From Anolis carolinensis (Eukaryota), in contig NC_085842.1 of the NCBI RefSeq assembly GCF_035594765.1, positions 19,072,782 through 19,136,781 on the forward strand: a stretch of DNA of 64,000 nucleotides, read 5' to 3'. The number at the start of each line of letters is the position of its first letter. The stretch's first letter is position 1. This document shows positions 35,979 to 48,700 of this stretch, in pieces. A program made the position numbers and the translations under genes. The notes below the pieces were generated by a model. The model was not told the DNA's origin and searched no databases. It saw nothing but the letters and a program-made list of their open reading frames with translations.

Positions 35979-36845
35979 TGTGATGACTCATGGGCCTTGT
36001 AGTCCTGTTCCTAGTACTATTGTGGCAGACGAAGAGGAAAACATGGGATTTTCGCCGGTTCAGCAAGAGCCGGAGCCTCTTCACCTGCAGGATGTTGACG
36101 TTTGCCCTCAAGAATTCAGTCAAACAGGCCTTGGGCAGAGCTCCCCCCGTTTTCCAGGAGGGAAAATTATACTAAAGATAGGGGAGTCAGGGAGGCTAAT
36201 CGCAGAAGCCTGAGAATCGCTGCCAAACAAATGGCTGATTAGGTCTGCTTCCCTTGGGAAATTCTAAGGAGTCATGCATCTGGACAGAGTTGGGTTTCGC
36301 TTCTCGTTCTCTAGGGAAAGAGTTCTGTTGGCGGGAAAACGAGACCCAATATAGGTGTTTGGCGCAACGAATACTTTGCGGAGTCAATTGATCAGCTTGA
36401 GGAGAGAGATTGTGTGTGGACTTCGTAATCCCAGTTCCTTGCTTCCCGGATCAAGCTTCAAGCCTTTGCCTTGTCTCACGGTTTTGCCACGGACTTTGTT
36501 TCATGCTTCATGTTTGTCTCGTTTTAAGTCTCGGATCAAGTCAAGAATCAAGTTTATTTCCAGCCTTGTTGTCAAGCTTCATTGGACTTTAAAGACTCTG
36601 TTATTTCCCCACACTATTGTTTGGCAAAGTGTGTGTTTCGGTCAAGTGGATTAAAACTTTGAACTCTAATATCTTATATTGGACAATACATTTCTGGACT
36701 ATATTTGACCTCATCTGAAAGGTCTGCTTCTGAACTTTATTCTTCACTTGTTTTTATTGATTTTATATATTTCTTTAATAAAGATATTAGATAGAGACTG
36801 GCCTCTGTGTAAGGTTATTGGTGTTCTGCAGCCAGGGTCCTGACA
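35979..36845 (+). mobile_element. Gypsy-type solo LTR (867 bp) in the RTE 5' UTR
   Basis: tgtga...tgaca termini; TSD GGTTC; related to 30572-31377; ORF frameshifted in the C-run at ~36143. Confidence 0.92.
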
Positions 36846-38266
36846 GGTTCCAGCAGTGGTGTGGTTAACACAACAACAGTGGCTTCTCAGTCGGTTGCAG
36901 CCTTCTTCCGCCTTCACAGCTGTTGTAACATGTACCATGTTATCCTCCGCCTGCTCCGCCGTTGAGGTCTTTGGGTCTTCGGATTGTGCTTGGTCTGGAT
37001 CCTCCCCTGCGGCCACTCCTGGGAGTGCATCACTCCAGTGGTTGTGCCCACAGGTTCATCGGAACACGCAAGCCCCCTCACCACGGCGAGGTGACAATCC
37101 ATCGAGAGGGACCAACAAGTATAGACCCCTATTCTTGACCCACATGTTCTTCTACAGTGAGGACATCGATTTCCACGTGGAAGGTGGTCCCAGTCAGGGA
37201 CTTTGTTTCCTGAACTGACTCTGTCTGTACAACACACCTATTAACGTTTAACATCACTTTGTGTAATTGCATACCAACCTCCCCAGCCCCTTTCTATCAA
37301 ATGTCATTTTAAAAAGTTGAATTGTGAGTAATATTAAAGTAATGTTCTCAAAATGTGGAAACTTTAAGATGACAAAGTTGCCAACCATACAACGGACGCT
37401 GTTAGATAGTCACTGATATACTGCAATTTTGCCATTCCATAAACATGAACACAATTGGTTTACGATATTTAATTCAATGAGAATTCCTTCTGAAGAATTA
37501 TTTAGTGAGGATGTGAAATCTTTTCTTTTAGCCTTGTCAAACCCCTGCAATTTGTGGTCCTTTGACAAAAAGTGGTGGATGAAAAACGGAATGGGAGGTG
37601 TGGGGAAGTGAGAAATGATTCATGATTATCAAGGATACAGAAATGGGATAAACATACTAAAGGATGATAAATGGGTAGAGAAGATATACTTCTGTGTCAA
37701 CATAAGAAAAGCGTAGATGTTGCTAGTGAATCCTTTGGCTCCAGACTGGCAGCTCCAAACACAAAAACCCCATCAAAGCATGGGTTCCACTGGTAAGCAA
37801 AATAAGTGAGAACAAACATCAAAAGGCACAAATAGAGAGGGGGGATAAAGCATAAACTTCATTTAATTTTCCTTTTTAAATAGTTTTTATGTATTTATTT
37901 ATAAAGACATTCATTGAATTTTCCAAAACGGTTGAGAAATTGAATACAAGATGCACCCCCTGCAAACATAGTTTGACACACAAAACCTGCAGCCAGCTAC
38001 AGCAGGCATGGGCAAACTTTGGCCCTCCAGGTGTTTTGGACTACAGGCTGTTAGGAATTGTGGAAGATGTAGTCCAAACACCTGGAGGGCCCAAGTTTGC
38101 CCATGCCCGACCTACAGAAAAGGGAGCTCAATGCTTCCCCATTACCATTCCTACAGCCCCAAACAGCACATAACAAGTCATATTTGAAAAGGCTGCATTA
38201 GCTAAAAGGTTGATAAGGATGCAAAGGGAGAGACACGTCGCAATATCATCTGACAAAATTTTACTG

Positions 38267-38849
38267 ATGGCAGAGAGGTCAGACTAAATATGATCCCTGG
38301 GGAAGGTAATGGCAACCCACCCCAGTATTCTTGCCATGAAAACTACATGGATCAGTACATGATGAGACATCATCATGAGCAGAGACATCTCATTGGCAAC
38401 GAAGGTCCGCCTAGTCAAAGCAATGGTATTCCCCATAGGAACTTATGGTTGCGAGAGCTGGACCATAAGGAAGGCTGAGCGAAGGAAGATACACGCCTTT
38501 GAACTCTGGTGCTGGAGGAAAATCCTGAGAGTGCCTTGGACCGCAAGAAGATCCAACCTGTCCATCCTCCAGGAAATAAAGCCCAATGGCTGCTCACTGG
38601 AGGGAAGGATATTAGAGGCAAAGCTGAAGCATTTTGGCCACATCATGAGAAGACAGGAAAGCTTGGAAAAGATCACAATGCTGAGGAAAATGGAAGGAAA
38701 AAGGAAGAGAGGCCGACCAAGGGTGAGATGGATGGACGGTATCCTTGAAGGGACTGGGGGCGGCAACAGCCGACAGGGAGCTCTGGTGTGGACTGGTCCA
38801 TGAGGTCACGAAGAGTCGGAGACGACTATGCGACTGAGCAGCAGCAGCT
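38267..38849 (+). mobile_element. BovB derivative
   Basis: BovB C-terminus LK.FGHIMRRQESLEK..MLRKMEGKRKRGRPR; (cag)n tail. Confidence 0.85.
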
Positions 38850-38952
38850 GACCACATCAGCTCTAGTTTCTGATACAGAACATAATGCCATCCAGTAGTT
38901 GCCATCTGCTCGCCCACAGAAAAGCATATTTAAGGTGTCACCCCAAAGGAGA

Positions 38953-39486
38953 AAGGCGTCACTTTCATTCTCGTAACATGAGAGGAGTTCCTGGCAAATT
39001 TCAAGTCTGTGTGCTTTCATTTCAGGCATCAGCATCCTGGGTACCCATCGTGCACAGATCTTCCAATAGCCAAGCAAAGCAATAATGTGACCCACACGTT
39101 CTTGTGAAATGCCGATGATGCTTGAAATTTCTCTCTGAGAGATACGACGATTGTCCTGAATCCATCTGTCAACCTTTTGCCCGGGAAACTCGGTCGTTGC
39201 TGTCACAGGATGTTCAACTCTTTGTTTGTCACGCAAGTCAGATGTTCCCACTTCAACATCTTTAAACTTACTCGCCCAACGACGCACAGGACTCACATCA
39301 TCACAATCACCATAAACAGCTTGCATTCTCTGATTAATCTCCTTTGGGGTGACACCTTCTGCTGTCAAGAATTCAGTGACTGCACGTTGCTTAAGTTGCA
39401 TTGACCGACCATCTGCGCAGGGTTCCATACTTTACACTTTAACAACACAACCGTTCAGTGCTAAGGCTTCCTGCCAAATGGAACTG
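38953..39486 (-). mobile_element. Mariner transposase 5' half (DNA-binding region, open frame 39428-38826)
   Basis: Two HTH regions and the ARWVPRML linker; breaks off before the catalytic domain. Confidence 0.85.
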
Positions 39487-39579
39487 TGGCTGTCGTATTG
39501 TCGAAGGCTTTCATGGCCAGAATCACTAGGGTGCTGTGAGTTTTCTAGGACGTAGAGCCATTGTCCAGAAGCATTCTCT

Positions 39580-39620
39580 CCTGACGTTTCGCCCACATCT
39601 ATGGCAGGCATCCTCAGAGG
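39580..39620 (-). ncRNA. Minimal type-I hammerhead ribozyme motif in a Penelope fragment (39487-39800)
   Basis: Minus strand CCU-CUGAGGA-U-GCCUGC-CAUAGAU-GUGGGC-GAAAC-GUC-AGG: core boxes intact, 6-bp stem II, palindromic ACGU stem III, predicted cleavage after 39583. Confidence 0.7.
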
Positions 39621-39859
39621 TTGTGAGGTCTGTTGGAAACTAGGCAAGTGGGGTTGATATATCTGTGGAAAGTCCAGGGTGGGAGAAAGAACTCTTGCCT
39701 GTTGGAGGCAAGTGTGAATGTTGCAATTAATCACATGATTAGCATTTAATAGCCTTGCAGCTTCAAAGCCTGGCTGCGTCCTGCCTGGGGGAATCCTTTG
39801 TGGAGAGGTGTGAGTGTTATAATTAGCGAGACAGAATTAGCATTGGGGTGGCCATTAGA

Positions 39860-40115
39860 GTCGTCCTCTCACCCTTCCCTTCCCCTGCCAGCCTCACCCG
39901 TCCTTCTCATCCTATTCGCCTCCGGGGTTCTCACGGGAGAAGGGATGTTTCTGGGGGTCCCCTTTGGAAGTGGCTTCCTCAGCAGGACTTCCGCTTCCCG
40001 TCACGTGACTGAAGCCCCGCCAGTCCTCTTCCTCAGAGTCGTCCAGTCAGAGCGGGCTTCGCGAGGAAGAAGGTGCCACTCTCTGAAGCATATTGGTTGC
40101 TAGGAGACGGTATTG
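39860..40115. promoter_or_regulatory. Promoter of copy C
   Basis: Duplicate of the A promoter with one CTTCCG (ETS) unit fewer; E-box 40000-40009. Confidence 0.7.
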
Positions 40116-40860
40116 TTCTATAGCAGGCCTGGGCCAACTTGGGCCCTCCCTCCAGGTGTTTTGGACTCCAACTCCCACAATTCCTAACAGCCGGTAGTTG
40201 GAGTCCAAAACACCTGGAGGGAGGGAGGGCCCAAGTTGACCCAGGCCTGATCTAAACGCTCTTTAAGCCGCTCCTCATAGGACTTGTTCTCCAGACCCTT
40301 GATCATTTGAGTTGCCCTCCTCTGGACACTTGGCTCATGTTTAACTTGTTGTCCACGAGGACTCCATATAAAATCTAGATTATCTGCTTTGGACTGGATT
40401 ATATGGAACTGCAGACTCATTTAACCCAGTTCAAAGCATATGGGTTGTCTGCTTTGATAATTTGGATTATATGGCTGTGCAAAAAGAGCCTTAGAAATGC
40501 TCTCCAATTCCTGCACTGATGTAGTATGACTTCAACATGCATGGAAACAATTAGGTTTTCAAAAGTATATACTGTAATGTTCTTTCATAACATTCATAAT
40601 TTTACTCCCAGACTGTAGCTTTCTTTTGTATTATTTCCATACCTTTATTCCTTTAGCCGGCCATAGTCTCCTTTGTTTATGTCTTCCCCAACACTTTAAT
40701 AGGATAATGGTTTTGTATCATCCTCTCCCCGACTGTATCTGATACTACTAGCACTTTTATGGCCCAGTTCTTTTTAGGAGCCAACCCAGGATTTTATCAA
40801 GCATGTTTGTTTTGTATGATCTTGTTTGTTTTATGGCTTGCTTTATTGTTGATTGATTTG

Positions 40861-42303
40861 TATAAAGGAGGACTAATAACGACTGCCACCAAATTGTAAG
40901 GGACTAAATAACGTCTAAGGTTCTTTTAGGTTATTTATTTAATTATTATTTATTACATTTCTTCTACCCCGCCCTTCTCACCCATCAGGGGACTCAGGGT
41001 GGCTTACAAAATAAGCATACACATCAAAAACAGTTTTCATCAAATTTAAAAATCCATCAAGATTAAAAATTACAATAAAATTAAGAATATACATTAAAAA
41101 TATACATAATTATACATTTAAATATACATTTAAGGCACTTTCAATGTCCAGGTGGGGTCTGTCAGTAGGTCACATATTCATATCTCATTTTTGCTGCTAC
41201 TCATGCTCAAATGCCTGGTCCCATAACCATGTTTTTGTTCTCTTTCGGAAAGACAGGAGGGAGGGAGCCTGCCTGACTTCAATGGGGAAGGCGTTCCATA
41301 GACGGGGAGCCACTACTGAAAAGGCCCTGTCTCTCGTCCCCGCCAGCCGCACCTGTGAGGCTGATGGGACTGCGAGCAGGGCCTCACCTGACGATCTTAA
41401 GCTTCGAGGTGGGTCATAGTGGGAGACATGTTTGGACAGATAAGCTGGGCCAGAACCGTTTAGAGCTTTATAGGCTAAAGCCAGCACCTTGAATTGTGCT
41501 CGGAAGCTAATCGGCAGCCAGTGGAGCTGGCATAACAGAGGAGTGGTACGCTCCCTGTACGCCGCTCCAGTTATTAACCTGGCAGCCTCCCGTTGGACTA
41601 ATTGAAGCTTCTGAACAGTCTTCAAAGGCAGCCCCACGTTTTATCCCACCGCTGCCACTAATTTGCAAAGATGCAGCTACCAAAGACTCAGAGAGGAGAC
41701 TGTTTTTCTTATTATTATTATTTAGATGGTAGCATAACTTAGTTTATAATATATATGTGATAGAGACTTAGATGTTGGAGGAACAATAACAAGTTTATTC
41801 AGGCACAGAGCTTAGTGGTTACAATTGTTGTTTCTCACTTGGAGGCCCTTTCATTAACAGTTACAATACTAGAATAAGATGAGTCAAACTCCCTAAAGTG
41901 TCACTTCTTTAACTTAAAGTAGTCAGAACTTCATCCTCTGCCACTTTTAAACCGTAGTCACCCCTGTGATATACGATCACAGATTCTCTGTTCCTTACTA
42001 GGACACAGACTACATAAAATAAGTCCCCAAACTTATTTTAAACCAACTCAAAATGACCAATTGAGTCTCCCTTGATCCCCTCAACCTAGGATCAATCTTT
42101 CCTGTGCCTCATCAGAGCACAGACTGAAAACCCTTTTTTAAACTCTGCACTTCTTCATCAAACCGGCAGTTGGCTCCGCCTACTTCTCCATGGCAACCAG
42201 CCTCTGAGTGCAGAGAAGCAATAACTGTAATACTTACCCTTTTAAAACACAAACACACAATTAAACATAACATCTGTAAACCAAAAATTCATACTTCATT
42301 ACA
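40861..42303 (-). mobile_element. Solo LTR-like element plus nested L2 (duplicate of 20399-21841)
   Basis: Same ATTTG TSD and junctions. Confidence 0.75.
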
Positions 42304-42784
42304 ATTTGTTTTATTGTTGTGTTTTATATTGTCTGTTTTGCCTGGGCTTGGCGCCATGTAAGCCGCCCCGAGTCCCCTTGGGGAGATGGGGCGGGTTTAA
42401 AAATAAAATTATTATTATTATTATACCCACCCCTCCATGTACTCAGTTCCCTGAACTGAGTCTGTCTGTAAATCACACCTACTAACTCGTAACGTCACTC
42501 CTTACTTACTTAGGCGATTCCCCCATTGTCCAGCCTTCCAAGTGTAGTGCCTTGGCGATGGGTATGTGAATATGTTGCATGAGAAAACTAGCCCCGGGTC
42601 CTTGGTCCTTAATTCAAGATTCATGACAAAACGTTATCCCTTGAGAGTATTCACATGAGCTCGTTCATCTTTGGTTTGCAGGCCCCACCAGTTCTCCCAG
42701 TCCTCTCACTCTGAATGTCATCTGAGAGAAGAGGTGGATGTATCTTCATCCAGACTGAAGGCAGCCTAGAAGCGCAGAACCAAG

Positions 42785-45700
42785 ATGGAAGGGCAAGAGC
42801 CAGCTGCCTCCCAGTTAGAAGTATGTTTTTCTACTATTGAGGAAGAGAACAATAAAGCATTCTGGGAGGACTCTTGGAAGAAAGACCGGGAGAGCAGTCC
42901 GCTCCATCCAGTCCTTCAGGGCCAGCACGTCCAGCATTTCCGCTATGAGGAGGCCTTGGGGCCCCGGGAGGTTTGCAGCCGCCTCCACTCTCTCTGCCGC
43001 CTGTGGCTGAAGCCAGAGCGACACTCCAAGGCGGAGATGCTGGACCTGGTGCTCCTGGAGCAGTTCCTGGCCGTCCTTCCTGCGGAGATGGAGCACTGGG
43101 TGAGGGAATGTGGGGCAGAGACCAGTTCCCAGGCCATGGCTTTGGCTGAAGGATTCCTCCTGAGTCGGGCAGAGGAGAGGAAGCAGGAGAAGCCCCAGGT
43201 AAGAGAGAGGTTCATCTTGTAGTTTCAAGGAACCAAGAATAATTGTTTTGAAGGATTTAAGAATAATAGAAACAAGTTGGAATGAGTTCAGAGAAACATT
43301 AGGAAAGGAGGACCCTGGAAAAGAGACGTGGAGTGCCATGACTGCCCCCTTTGAATCCCCGAGGGCTCTCATGGAGAGGAGGGGGCAGTCCTCTCCATTC
43401 CCTAAGGTTGTATAATGAGCTGAAGTTATAGGATGGCAAACTTTGAAGATTAAAGGGAACATATTGGTAATTCCAGTCATGTGTATGTTATTCACAGGTA
43501 GAGATAGCGCAACAGGGACCTAAATCAAGGAAAGAGAATGAAGAAAACCAGTCTTAGTGTGATACTCTAGGCTGCGTGAGCACTGGAAACCAGACACCAA
43601 AGCCAATAAACAATCTAATATCTTTATTAAAGAATTGAAGAAATAAAACAAAAATAAGCAGAATATATAGTCCATCAATAGACCTTCTGGGAAAGGTCAA
43701 ATATAGTCTAGTATTATAAAGTCCAATGTCCAATATTAGAGTTTTAAGATGAAAATCCAGTTAACCGAAACACACTCAAACTTCCAAGCAGTTTGAGTGG
43801 GGAATAATCCAGATCTTAAGCAAGAGTTCCAAGGAAACCAGTCCAAAGGCAAGAAATTCAAGGCAAGGCAAGGAAACAAGACAAGGCAAGGCTGGAAGTA
43901 GAGGATCCAAACGTGATCCGGACTTGACTCGAAGGCGAGGCGTTGCGCCCAGTCTACACACGAGTAAAATGCCACAAGGACTAGAGGCGATGTTAACACT
44001 CCAACTGACATGTTGACACCGCGCTGGCTGGCCAGCGCGCAGAACTTTTAAGGGACTTCAAATCTCCCTTCAAAACAGGTGTCCAACACTTTTCCCAGGG
44101 GCACAAACAGGCTAAAGACAACATCTTCACCAGATGCGAGCCTCCCTGGAAACTCTCAAGGGAAACGGGTTAATCAACATTCTCTCTGGCAGCTAATCTC
44201 GCGCTTCTCCTCAAGCTATCCTTCTCAGAGCGACTTGATTCCCAAAACATCCTCCGTAGAAAAGGAGGGGAAACGCTGGGAACAGGCTCGGCTTCAAGGG
44301 CTTTCTTAATGAGCTCTGGGCTTGAATTGTCAACAGGGAGCATCTGGAAGGAAGCGGACTCTTGCTGAGTCGGCATAAACCCTATATCCTCATCGCTCTG
44401 GTCCGCAACGAATACAGGGTCATGACCTGAAGGTCTCTGTGACATCACACTTAGTCCCAAGCGGTCTGGAAACGATTGCAGAAAGAGAGCCCTCCCTCCT
44501 TTTCTAATCTTTATTTTTCTTTGTGATCTGTGATTCTTGTTCAGGTGCAGGACTCTTGTACAGATGGGATCAACCAGGTGGAGGAGTCTCCTTCAGACAC
44601 CATGTGCGTTGCCCAGATTGGAGAAGGCAAATCTATCACAGTTGGTAAGGGATGGCCAGTGGTCCGTCTTGCTTGCTCACCTCCTCTTGAGTAGACCTGA
44701 AATGTCTGAGCTGTGTGAACTGAAAAAAATTGAAGCTTCCGAACAGTCTTCAAAGGCAGCCCCACGTAGAGTGTGTTGCAGTAGTCTAATCAGGATGTAA
44801 CAAGAGTGTGGACCACCATGGCCAAGTCCAGCTTCTCAAGGTACGGGTGGAGCTGCCGCACAAGTTTTAGCTGTGCGAAGGCTCCCCTAGGCACCGCCAA
44901 GACCTGGCTGACCAGGAGGGCCTCTGTCTTGTCTGGATTCAATTTCAATTTGTTGGCCCTCATCCAGTCCGACACAGCGGCCAAGCACCGGTTCAGGACC
45001 TGGACAGCCTCCTTAGTGACAGGTGGAAAGGAGTGACAGAGTTGGACATCATCTGCATACAGATGACACCGGACCCCGAAACTCCTGATGATCTCTCCTA
45101 GCGGCTTCATGTAGATATTAAACAACATGGGGGACAGTACAGAGCCCTGCGGGACCCCACAAGACAATGGTTGTGGGGCTGAGCAGGAGTCCCCCAATGG
45201 CACCATCTGGGACCGACCCTCCAGGAATGAGTGGAGCCACTGCAAAGCAGTACCTCCAAGGTCCATCTCCGCAAGGCGTCTCAGAAGGATACCGTGGTCA
45301 TCGGTATCGAAGGCCGCTGTGAGGTCCAACAGAACCAGCAGGGACTCACTCCTAAGGTGACCAAGGCTGTCTCGGTACCAGATCTAGAAAATCAGTGTCC
45401 TCCAAGAATGCCTGGAGTTGTGAGGCAACCACACGTTCCACGACCTTGTCCAGAAAGGGGAGTTGGAAATGGGCCGAAAGTTACCCAATTGAGTGGGGTC
45501 CAGTGATGGCTTCTTCAACAGCGGTTTGATCACAGCCGTTTTTAGGCTCATTGGAAACTTGCCTTCCCGGAGGGAGGCATTCACCAAAGTTAATAACTTT
45601 AAGTTAAGCAACTTTCAAAGTTACTTAATTCCTTTGCTTCCGTCTGGATGTTTATGGTGGTGAATGTGCTCTTGGCTACATTGGCACAAATATAGAAACA

Positions 45701-48700
45701 AATAGAGTCACCCTCTACGTTTCCTGGGAATAGATCGCAACCCCCCTGGAAAACAGAATAGTCCACATTAAAGACCTGGGAACAAGGAGGGAGTTTAAAA
45801 AAGCATCACCGGGCAAGGGGAGAGTGGCAGGCTTCGGAGGGAAGGAACTGTAGGGCAGCCTGGAAAAGGGACCGGTCTCACCCTCCCCAATGTCTTTCCT
45901 CTCTTTCACAGGCAGTGAAACATCGCCAAGTGATAGTAGCACAACTATTCACGATTCTTTCCTAAGAAGAGATTCTGCGGAACCAGATCAGGTAGGCAGC
46001 AGGATCCCGGGAGGGGAGGGGAGGGAAAGCCAGGTCTCTTGGTTCCTTGACTATTGCCCTGCCTCTAAATGAACCTCTCTTTTCTACATTCCTTCAATGT
46101 AAGATGTTTTCAATAAATGACATAATCAAAGACATTAATCACAAATTGCCTGTTTTTCTGACTTAGTTGGCATTTTCTCCTTGCAGATAACATTTTTTCC
46201 CTTTCAGGTGACTTTTGAAGATGTGTCTGTGGATTTCTCAGAGGAGGAGTGGGCCCTCTTGGATCCGAGCCAAAAAGCCTTGCACCAGCAAATCATGGAG
46301 GAGAATCTGGGGATTGTGTCATCTCTGGGTAAAGCTCCATTATGCTTGTAGCTAACCAAATCCGTTTACAAGTTCTAAAAACAGATGGGTAGCCAGTGGA
46401 GCCGTGGCAGCCATGGGTGAGATTACAAATTGCAAAGTCTCTTGATGGGGAGATGATCTTCATCTCTAGAAAATTAGTCTTTTCTACTACCTTTATTCCA
46501 TTTGCATTGGAGCCATCTAACTGAGCAAAAGCCACATGTTTTTAAAGGTTGGGCTTCTATTCCCAACTGATTTGCTAGAGTTGGGACAATCAGACATCTG
46601 GTGCACCCACAGTCTAGATCGGCTTCTGTTCTTACCCTTTGGCCCATCTCTGCCCATCTTTTGCAGTTCCACCATCACCCAAACGGTATCGCAGTTAAAG
46701 CTCACTGACTTTTTGCCCTGGGATACTGCAATCTGCTGTTGAGCATTTGAAGCAGAGCGTGACGTTTCCCTGCGGCCATTCTCCATCATCTTCCATGTCT
46801 AGCTCCCCTCTTCCAGCTGACATTCGACCGGGGCCCAGAGCTGTCTCAATCGCTGTTGACGCTTTTTTTGGCCACCTTGGAAGGAGGGAAAGTCTTCTGT
46901 TGCTGGGGCATGGTTCCTCTAGCCTTGGAAAGTCCCCTCCAACAATTCACGGCTCTATACCCCTCCTGGCCACACGTGCAGCATGTTCCTCTTCTTCCTT
47001 TCCTCTCCCGACTGCTTGACCTGGCCTGTGAAGAGGGAGTCACCCCCGAGATTCTCGGCTGTGTTTTTCCTCACTCATCATCTCTGGGTGTCCTCTTAAC
47101 TTGTTCTTGATTGCGCTCGACTCTTCCGGTGAGCATGATCTATTATTCCAAGGTACTGGGTTACCTCGGTGTAGTGCCTACTCCAGAACCCCCAAACTAA
47201 TGTAACCCCATACGGCACAGGCTGAATCCCTATTTCCTTATCTGCCTTATGACACACCAATAGAACCTCTTATCTTCTCTGGATTAAGTTCTCCATCCCA
47301 TTACTGGTGGGAGACATTGGTTTAGTTGGAAAGGAGGAGTAGAGCTTGGTGTCACCTGTAGATAGATGGCACCACACTCCAAAACTCTGAATGAGTTCTC
47401 CCGTATATGTGTTAATTGCATAGGGGACAAAACAGATGATGGGGGATCCCACAGGCAATGGGCAAGGGATTGAACAGGAATCTCCCAGCAAGGCAACCCG
47501 GAAAGGTACCATCGTTGATGATAATGAGAACTACTGCCTTCCACTTTGTAGAACATTATTATGTTTTCCATTGAGATGCAGGATCTCGTGTTTATGTCCA
47601 AAGTAGGATGACCTCAGTTTGACCCCCTCAACTCTCTAGGAGTATTTCCTCCAGTTCATGCTGTGTGCAGCCTCCAGGAGAGAGCAGGGCTGAACATGCC
47701 AGGCATTGAAGAGAAGTGAATCAACGTTCATGCAACCCATTTCTCCCTCTGTATAGACACTTATTTTTGTCTTTGGGGCCAAAGTCCCAAGAGGAGTGGC
47801 CTTGTTAAAAAGATGTAGCCAGTATTTTATCTTGGTCCATGAAGTGTTTATGTACCAAGTTTGATCCAGTTCTTTCAAGCCATTTAGGAGTCTTTGCAGT
47901 CCATACATACACACCTTGATTTATGTATAAATAGATTTTTTCATACACAAATACATACAATACATTCAAATCCAGGCTTGTGAAACGAACAATATAAAAA
48001 ATTAGGGAGTGCTTTTTACAAAAAAAAAATCAGGGGTTAAAATGGGAGAAATGACATTTAATCATGTAAGTGTCAGGAGCTGATTTCTGCTGTTCGGGAA
48101 GTCAAAGCCTCTCCATGAGAGCTCGGAGTCAGCCAGGGGTGTCAGTGGAGAAGTTTGAGAGCAGATGAATGGACTAACTTTTCTCGTGGGGAAAAAATGA
48201 TAAGGATGTTGTAGGCGTGGAGTGAGATTGGAAGGAAAGAAGGGGTGTTAGTCAAAATCACCATTAGCTCTTTTTTCTTGGAACTGTAAAGGTCTGAGTA
48301 ATAAAGCCAAATCCAAAAGACTTTTGTGAGTGGCCAAAGTTGTTAACTAGACCCTTCAGGGAGTGAAAATAAGGAGTGACAAAAAAGAGAGAAGGTCAAA
48401 CACCAAACCTTTGCAGCTTCAGTCAGTCCTTTTTAAAATGGCGACTTTATTCTGGCTTCTAATCTGAATTTGGATGTTTGCTCTTCTGCCTGATGCCATG
48501 AGGTTAAGTTCACCTATTTTTGTGGCATCAGGCAGATGAAGGGTTTTTACTTTCTGTGGGAAAGGGCTGTCTCAACTAAATGCATTTTGTAATTTTTATA
48601 TTTTTAAACTTTAATATAAGCTTTGCTTTTCAACTCCATTCACACAGGAGAAAGGCCATTGAAATGGTTGCAGTGTAAAAAGAGCTTCAATCAAAAGAAA

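Larger units (their letters stand above)
32128..37107 (-). mobile_element. Full-length RTE-1-type LINE, inactivated, with nested CR1 and solo LTR
   Basis: APE endonuclease (ILLGDFNARVG, WTDHRL), RT (FIDLAKAFDTV, GVKQGCVIAP, YADD); 15-bp TSD ggg(g/a)ccaacaagtat; frameshifts and a TAG; absent in A. Confidence 0.93.
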
